From an uncultured Planctomycetales bacterium (lineage in GTDB: Bacteria; Planctomycetota; Phycisphaerae; SM23-33; FEN-1343), in NCBI GenBank assembly GCA_964535025.1, contig CAZHRW010000159.1, forward strand, positions 14,527 to 78,526: a stretch of 64,000 nucleotides of DNA, in the 5' to 3' direction. The notes under the pieces were generated by a model. That model searched no databases and was not told where the DNA came from. It saw nothing but the letters and a program-made list of their open reading frames with translations. Shown one piece after another: positions 59,758 to 64,000 of the stretch. How positions within the stretch are numbered: position 1 is the first letter of the stretch; each line of letters begins with the position of its first letter. The position numbers and the translations under genes were made by a program.

Positions 59758-61923
59758 TCAGCGCCCCAGCAATCGCAGGCTGTTGAACACCACCAGCAGC
59801 GTGGCGCCGGTGTCGGCGGCGATGGCCATCCACAGCGACGCCGCCCCGGCGAGGGTGAGGATGATGAAGAGGGTCTTGAGGCCGAGGGCGAAGATGATGT
59901 TCTGCTTGATGATACGCAGCGTTCGCCGGGAGTGAGCGATCAGCCAGGGCAGGCGGGACAGGTCGTCGCTCATCAGGGCGACGTCGGCGGTTTCGATCGC
60001 CGCGTCGGTGCCCATGGCGCCCATGGCGATCCCGAAGGTCGCGGCGGCCATGGCCGGGGCGTCGTTGATCCCGTCGCCGACCATGGCGACGTGCCGGTGC
60101 TCGCGGACGAGACGGCCGACGGCCTCAACCTTATCCTCCGGCAGCAGTTCGCAGCGGAACTCGTCGACGCCGGCGGCGGCGGCGATCGCGCGGGCGGTGC
60201 CCTCGTTGTCGCCGGTGAGCATGATGACGCGGCTGACGCCGGCGCGTTTCACCGCACGGACGACGCCCGCGACGCCCTCCCGCAGGCCGTCGGCGATGGA
60301 GATCAGCCCGCAGACGTGGGCATCGTTGCCGACGGCGACCACGGTGTGGCCGGCGTCCTCCAGGGCCAGCGCGCGGGCGTGGATGGCGTCGGTTTCCTGT
60401 CCCTTTTCGTGCATCAGCCGGTGGCTGCCGATCCAGAACGGCCGCCCCTCGATGGTCGCCTCGGCGCCTTTGCCCTTGAGGGCAAGGAAGTTAGCGGCCT
60501 CCATCGGCCGCACCGATGCCTCCCGCGCCTTGCGGAGGATCGCCCGCGCCAGGGGATGTTCGCTGTGCGCCTCCAGCCCCGCCGCCCGCGCCAGCAGCTC
60601 GGCCTCGCTGTGGCCGTCGAGGGGCACGAGCACCTGGACGGCCGGGCGGCCGTGCGTGAGTGTGCCGGTCTTGTCGATCGCCAGGGCCTTCAGTCGTCCG
60701 GCGGCTTCGAGGTAGATCCCGCCCTTGATCAGCACCCCGCGCCGCGCCGAGGCCGTCAGGGCCGACACGACGGCGACCGGTGTGGAAATGACCAGGGCGC
60801 AAGGACATGCGATCACCAGCAGCACCAGCGCGCGGTAGAACCACGCCCCCCACGACGCCCCCGCGACCAGCGGCGGCGCGACGGCGACGGCGACGGCGGC
60901 GGCCATCATCGCCGGCGTGTAGTAGACCGCGAACCGGTCCACCCACTGCTGGCTGCGGGCGCGGCGGGCCTGGGCGCGCTCGACCATGTGGATGATCCGC
61001 GCGAGCGCCGTGTCCGCCGCGGCGCGGGTGGTGCGTAAGGCCAGTGCCCCGTTCTGGTTAATGGTCCCGGCGTGGACCTCGTCGCCGGGGGCCTTGTCCA
61101 CCGGCATCGACTCGCCGGTGATCGGGGCCTGGTTGACCGACGACCGGCCGTCCGTCACCACGCCATCCAGCGGGATCCGTTCGCCCGGGCGGACCATAAC
61201 CGTCGAGCCCACCGCCACTTCGCCGACGGGCACCTCGTGGGCGTGGTCCGCCGCGGCCCCGCCGGGCAGCACCCGGGCCGTCGGGGGGGACAGATCAAGC
61301 AGGGCGCCGATCGCGTTGCGGGCCCGCTCGACGCTCCAATGCTCCAGCAGCAGGGCGACCGCGAAGAGGAACGCCACCGTGGCCGCCTCGAACCACTCGC
61401 CGATGAGCATCGCGCCGAATACGGCGATGATCATCAGTAAGTTCATGTCCGGCCGAAGCCTGCGCAAGGCGCGGAAGGCCGGCGGCGCGACGAACCATCC
61501 CCCCAGGGCGATCGCCGCGGCGTAGGGGATGACCACCGCCACAGGCAGCGCGGCCTCCCCGTGCCCGCCGGCGAGGCTGTGCAGCAGGCTGCCGGAGAGC
61601 CACCAGTGGCTCACCAGGCCGCCCAGGAGGAAGACGCCGGAGGCGGCGGTGACAATCAGGCGCGCATGCTGTTTCCAAAAGGAGACTTGCGGCTGGCGGC
61701 CCCGCAGGTCCCACGGCGTGGCCTTCATGCCGGTCGCGTCGACGGCGGCGACGATCTGCTCGGGGGAGACCGCCTCGCCGTCGAATTCGACCGACATCCG
61801 GGCGTTGACCACGTCGAATTCCAGGTCGATCACGCCCGGCAGGCGGCCGACCTCGCGGCGGAGGATCGCCACCTCCTCCCCGCAGTCCAACCCCCGCACC
61901 TTGTAGTCGTTCGTTCGAGGCAT
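59758..61923 (-). CDS. heavy-metal translocating P1B-type ATPase (Zn/Cd/Co-type)
   Basis: N-terminal HMA-like domain. TM CPC motif VIACPCALVISTP. DKTGTLT phosphorylation site. GDGINDAPAM. C-terminal AADTGATLLVVFNSLRLL typical of P1B-2. Confidence 0.9.
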   Translation of the reverse strand: MPRTNDYKVRGLDCGEEVAILRREVGRLPGVIDLEFDVVNARMSVEFDGEAVSPEQIVAAVDATGMKATPWDLRGRQPQVSFWKQHARLIVTAASGVFLLGGLVSHWWLSGSLLHSLAGGHGEAALPVAVVIPYAAAIALGGWFVAPPAFRALRRLRPDMNLLMIIAVFGAMLIGEWFEAATVAFLFAVALLLEHWSVERARNAIGALLDLSPPTARVLPGGAAADHAHEVPVGEVAVGSTVMVRPGERIPLDGVVTDGRSSVNQAPITGESMPVDKAPGDEVHAGTINQNGALALRTTRAAADTALARIIHMVERAQARRARSQQWVDRFAVYYTPAMMAAAVAVAVAPPLVAGASWGAWFYRALVLLVIACPCALVISTPVAVVSALTASARRGVLIKGGIYLEAAGRLKALAIDKTGTLTHGRPAVQVLVPLDGHSEAELLARAAGLEAHSEHPLARAILRKAREASVRPMEAANFLALKGKGAEATIEGRPFWIGSHRLMHEKGQETDAIHARALALEDAGHTVVAVGNDAHVCGLISIADGLREGVAGVVRAVKRAGVSRVIMLTGDNEGTARAIAAAAGVDEFRCELLPEDKVEAVGRLVREHRHVAMVGDGINDAPAMAAATFGIAMGAMGTDAAIETADVALMSDDLSRLPWLIAHSRRTLRIIKQNIIFALGLKTLFIILTLAGAASLWMAIAADTGATLLVVFNSLRLLGR

Positions 61924-62104
61924 CCCAACACCTTGACCTTACCGTAGTCTAGGACATCCGCCGGCGACATCATCTCTTTTACGGCCGGCGGGCCGTCGGC
62001 GGTCCATCCCAGCGGGCAAGCCGATGAAATCGTTCGACATGAACACCGATCTCCGCTAGACTTCCATCCTGAATTGTCCTGCATTTTGTAAGGAGACAGA
62101 TGCC

Positions 62105-64000
62105 ATGCGATTCGCGCCCTCATTCGTTATTCCCGTCTGTATCGCCGCTTGTATTTCCCTCACCGTCGCGCAGCCGGCCATCCCCGACCGCGACCCGGCC
62201 CCCGCCCGGCCGGTCCGGTTGATCGAGGCGGTCCGCGGCCAGCATCCGCGCCTCCTCTTCAGCCAAGACGAGGTCCCCGCGCTGAAAGCGTTCGCCAAGA
62301 CCAAGCGGGGCCAGCAGTTCTGGTCGGAATTGACCGATTACCTCCCATCGTCGCGGCCGCCGTCGGAGCCGGAGTTCCTCCGCAACGCCACCGACGGCCA
62401 GCGCCAGGGCTTCTGGCGGATGCCCACCGTCGCCCTCCATTACGTCCTGACGGGCGATCAGCAGTCCTTCGACCGCAGCGTGGGCTACATGAAGCTCCTG
62501 CTGGAACTCGAACACTGGGAACTCGGCGGCGAGACCGATTACGGCATGAGCGCCGCCAACATCATGATCGGCGCCGCCCTCACCTACGACTGGCTGTACA
62601 ACGACCTCGACACCGAATTCCGCAACGCGTTCCGCGATAAACTCTTATTGCAGGCCCGGCGGATGATGCACAACGGCCACCTCGGCACTACCGGCGGGGG
62701 CGGCTACTGGCGGGGCGACCCGCAGAACAACCACCGCTGGCACCGCAATGCCGGGCTGGTCCTCTGCGCCCTGGCCGCCGCCGAACCCGATCGGGACGAC
62801 GATGACTGGCTGCTGGCCAAGGTCCGCGAGGAACTGGACTTCGTCACACGCTGGCTGCCCGAGGATGGCACGAGCCACGAGTCGTTCAGCTACGCCATCT
62901 TCGGCATGGCCCACCTGACGCTCGCCCTGGAAGCCTCGGACCGCTGCCTGGGCACCGAGTATCTGCAAATCCCGTTCATGAAAACTCTTCCGCGCTTCAT
63001 GACGGCCAGCTTCGCACCCGGGCTCGACAAGCGCTTCCGCTTCGGCGACCAGGGTGGCAGCAACGTGGGCAACCTCGGCTACGACGTGGCCCTCTTCCGT
63101 CCCATCGCCGTCCATAAGCTCAGCGACCATCTGGCCGTACTGAACGAACAGCTCGACCGCCACGGCGTCGGGCCGACGCGGGCATGGCTGGCGCTGCTGT
63201 GGTACCCGCGGGACCTCGAGCCCGGGCGCGTCGCGAACCTGCCCAACACGCACTTCTTCGACGATCTCGGCATCCTTATCGCCCGGAGCGGCTGGGAAAG
63301 CGGGCAGGCGGCGGCGATGTTTAAGTGCGGCCCCTTCGGGGGTTACACGCTCAACCGCTACCGGGCCGCCCGCGGCGGCCAGTACATCAACGTCGCCCAC
63401 GACGACCCCGACGCCAATGCGTTCCTCCTGTTCAACGAGGGGGCCTTCCTCACCGAGACGGACGGCTACTCCAAGCACAAGCAGTCGGCCAACCATAATA
63501 CCATCCTCATCAACGGCACCGGCCAGACCGTCCCCGGACGGGCCGAAGGGGGCGGCTGGTCCCAGCCCGGCGGGGATATGACCGAAACCGCCGTCGTAAC
63601 CGCTTTCGCGGAAAACGGTAAGAACGTCGCCATCGAGGGCGAGGCGTCGGGGTTCTACCCGGTCAATCCCCGCGGCGGCAACGAACGGCCGGCACTCGAG
63701 CGCTTCCGCCGGAGCTTCTTCTGGATCGACGGCCGCTACATCCTCGTCCTCGACGACATCCGCGCGGGCGAGCCCGTCGAGATCACCTGGCTGATGCAGG
63801 GCAAGGACCTCGACGCATCCGACGACGGCGAAGGACGTTACATCCTCACCTCCGGCGAGGCCGCCTGCCCGTTCCACGTCGTCACGACCGCCCCGGCGAC
63901 CGCGCGGATCGTCGACTCGCCCGCCGACAGCCGCGGTGAGCCGCTCGGCTGGCGACAGTTGCGCCTCACCAGTCGGACCACGTCGACGCTCGTGGTAAGT
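62105..64000 (+). CDS. secreted heparinase II/III-like polysaccharide lyase family protein (3' end outside the window)
   Basis: Frame opens at ATG 62105 and is still open at the window edge, so it is absent from the track. Signal peptide MRFAPSFVIPVCIAACISL. HPRLLF and DDPDANAFLLF...HNTILINGTGQ regions typical of alginate-lyase/heparinase II/III architecture. Confidence 0.65.
   Translation, partial: MRFAPSFVIPVCIAACISLTVAQPAIPDRDPAPARPVRLIEAVRGQHPRLLFSQDEVPALKAFAKTKRGQQFWSELTDYLPSSRPPSEPEFLRNATDGQRQGFWRMPTVALHYVLTGDQQSFDRSVGYMKLLLELEHWELGGETDYGMSAANIMIGAALTYDWLYNDLDTEFRNAFRDKLLLQARRMMHNGHLGTTGGGGYWRGDPQNNHRWHRNAGLVLCALAAAEPDRDDDDWLLAKVREELDFVTRWLPEDGTSHESFSYAIFGMAHLTLALEASDRCLGTEYLQIPFMKTLPRFMTASFAPGLDKRFRFGDQGGSNVGNLGYDVALFRPIAVHKLSDHLAVLNEQLDRHGVGPTRAWLALLWYPRDLEPGRVANLPNTHFFDDLGILIARSGWESGQAAAMFKCGPFGGYTLNRYRAARGGQYINVAHDDPDANAFLLFNEGAFLTETDGYSKHKQSANHNTILINGTGQTVPGRAEGGGWSQPGGDMTETAVVTAFAENGKNVAIEGEASGFYPVNPRGGNERPALERFRRSFFWIDGRYILVLDDIRAGEPVEITWLMQGKDLDASDDGEGRYILTSGEAACPFHVVTTAPATARIVDSPADSRGEPLGWRQLRLTSRTTSTLVVS

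Noticed and set aside
62149-63877. ORFs 62149..62640(+) and 62645..63877(-)
   Set aside because: Shadows of the heparinase II/III-like gene, which is missing from the track only because it has no stop inside the window.

Overview
This 64 kb window is high-GC (roughly 68-70%), gene-dense bacterial chromosome. Three features point to a Planctomycetota-like genome: three secreted proteins ending in dockerin-type repeats (GDxDGDGDVDLDDFAILK), a sulfatase next to clan GH-A and heparinase II/III genes, and TAT signal peptides. Starts frequently overlap the upstream stop by 4 nt (ATGA/GTGA), which marks tightly coupled operons.

Housekeeping genes:
- cysK, with a divergent Rrf2 regulator
- leuA and trpC
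- carB and hisF
- rnc, an RluD-like pseudouridine synthase, aroC
- a Uup-like ABC-F
- tRNA-Ser(GCU) and tRNA-Val(CAC)

Accessory content:
- a TetR-controlled six-gene lipid-remodelling operon: CPBP protease, LplT-like MFS, a three-domain Aas-like acyltransferase/ACP/acyl-AMP ligase, and two alpha/beta hydrolases
- a 1668-aa CotH-kinase protein with four lamin-tail domains and dockerin repeats
- a TetR-OMF-MFP-RND efflux operon ending in a coupled PII-like small gene
- a four-gene extracytoplasmic redox module: membrane-anchored protein, TAT DUF362 protein, NapH-like membrane polyferredoxin, and a TAT aldo/keto reductase with a C-terminal Cys cluster
- a metal/corrinoid neighbourhood: orphan corrinoid protein, CbiX-like chelatase, NikR, P1B ATPase

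Non-coding signals:
- a textbook leucine-type attenuator upstream of leuA (consensus promoter, 19-codon Leu-rich leader peptide, intrinsic terminator)
- two copies of a roughly 170 bp palindromic REP/MITE-like element
- an AT-rich divergent cysK/Rrf2 promoter island with palindromes
- a long-range 16-bp inverted repeat upstream of rhaB

Several very long stop-free ORFs in the track (1830 aa and 1738 aa on the minus strand, among others) are antisense shadows of real genes, an artefact of GC bias. I treat them as non-coding.
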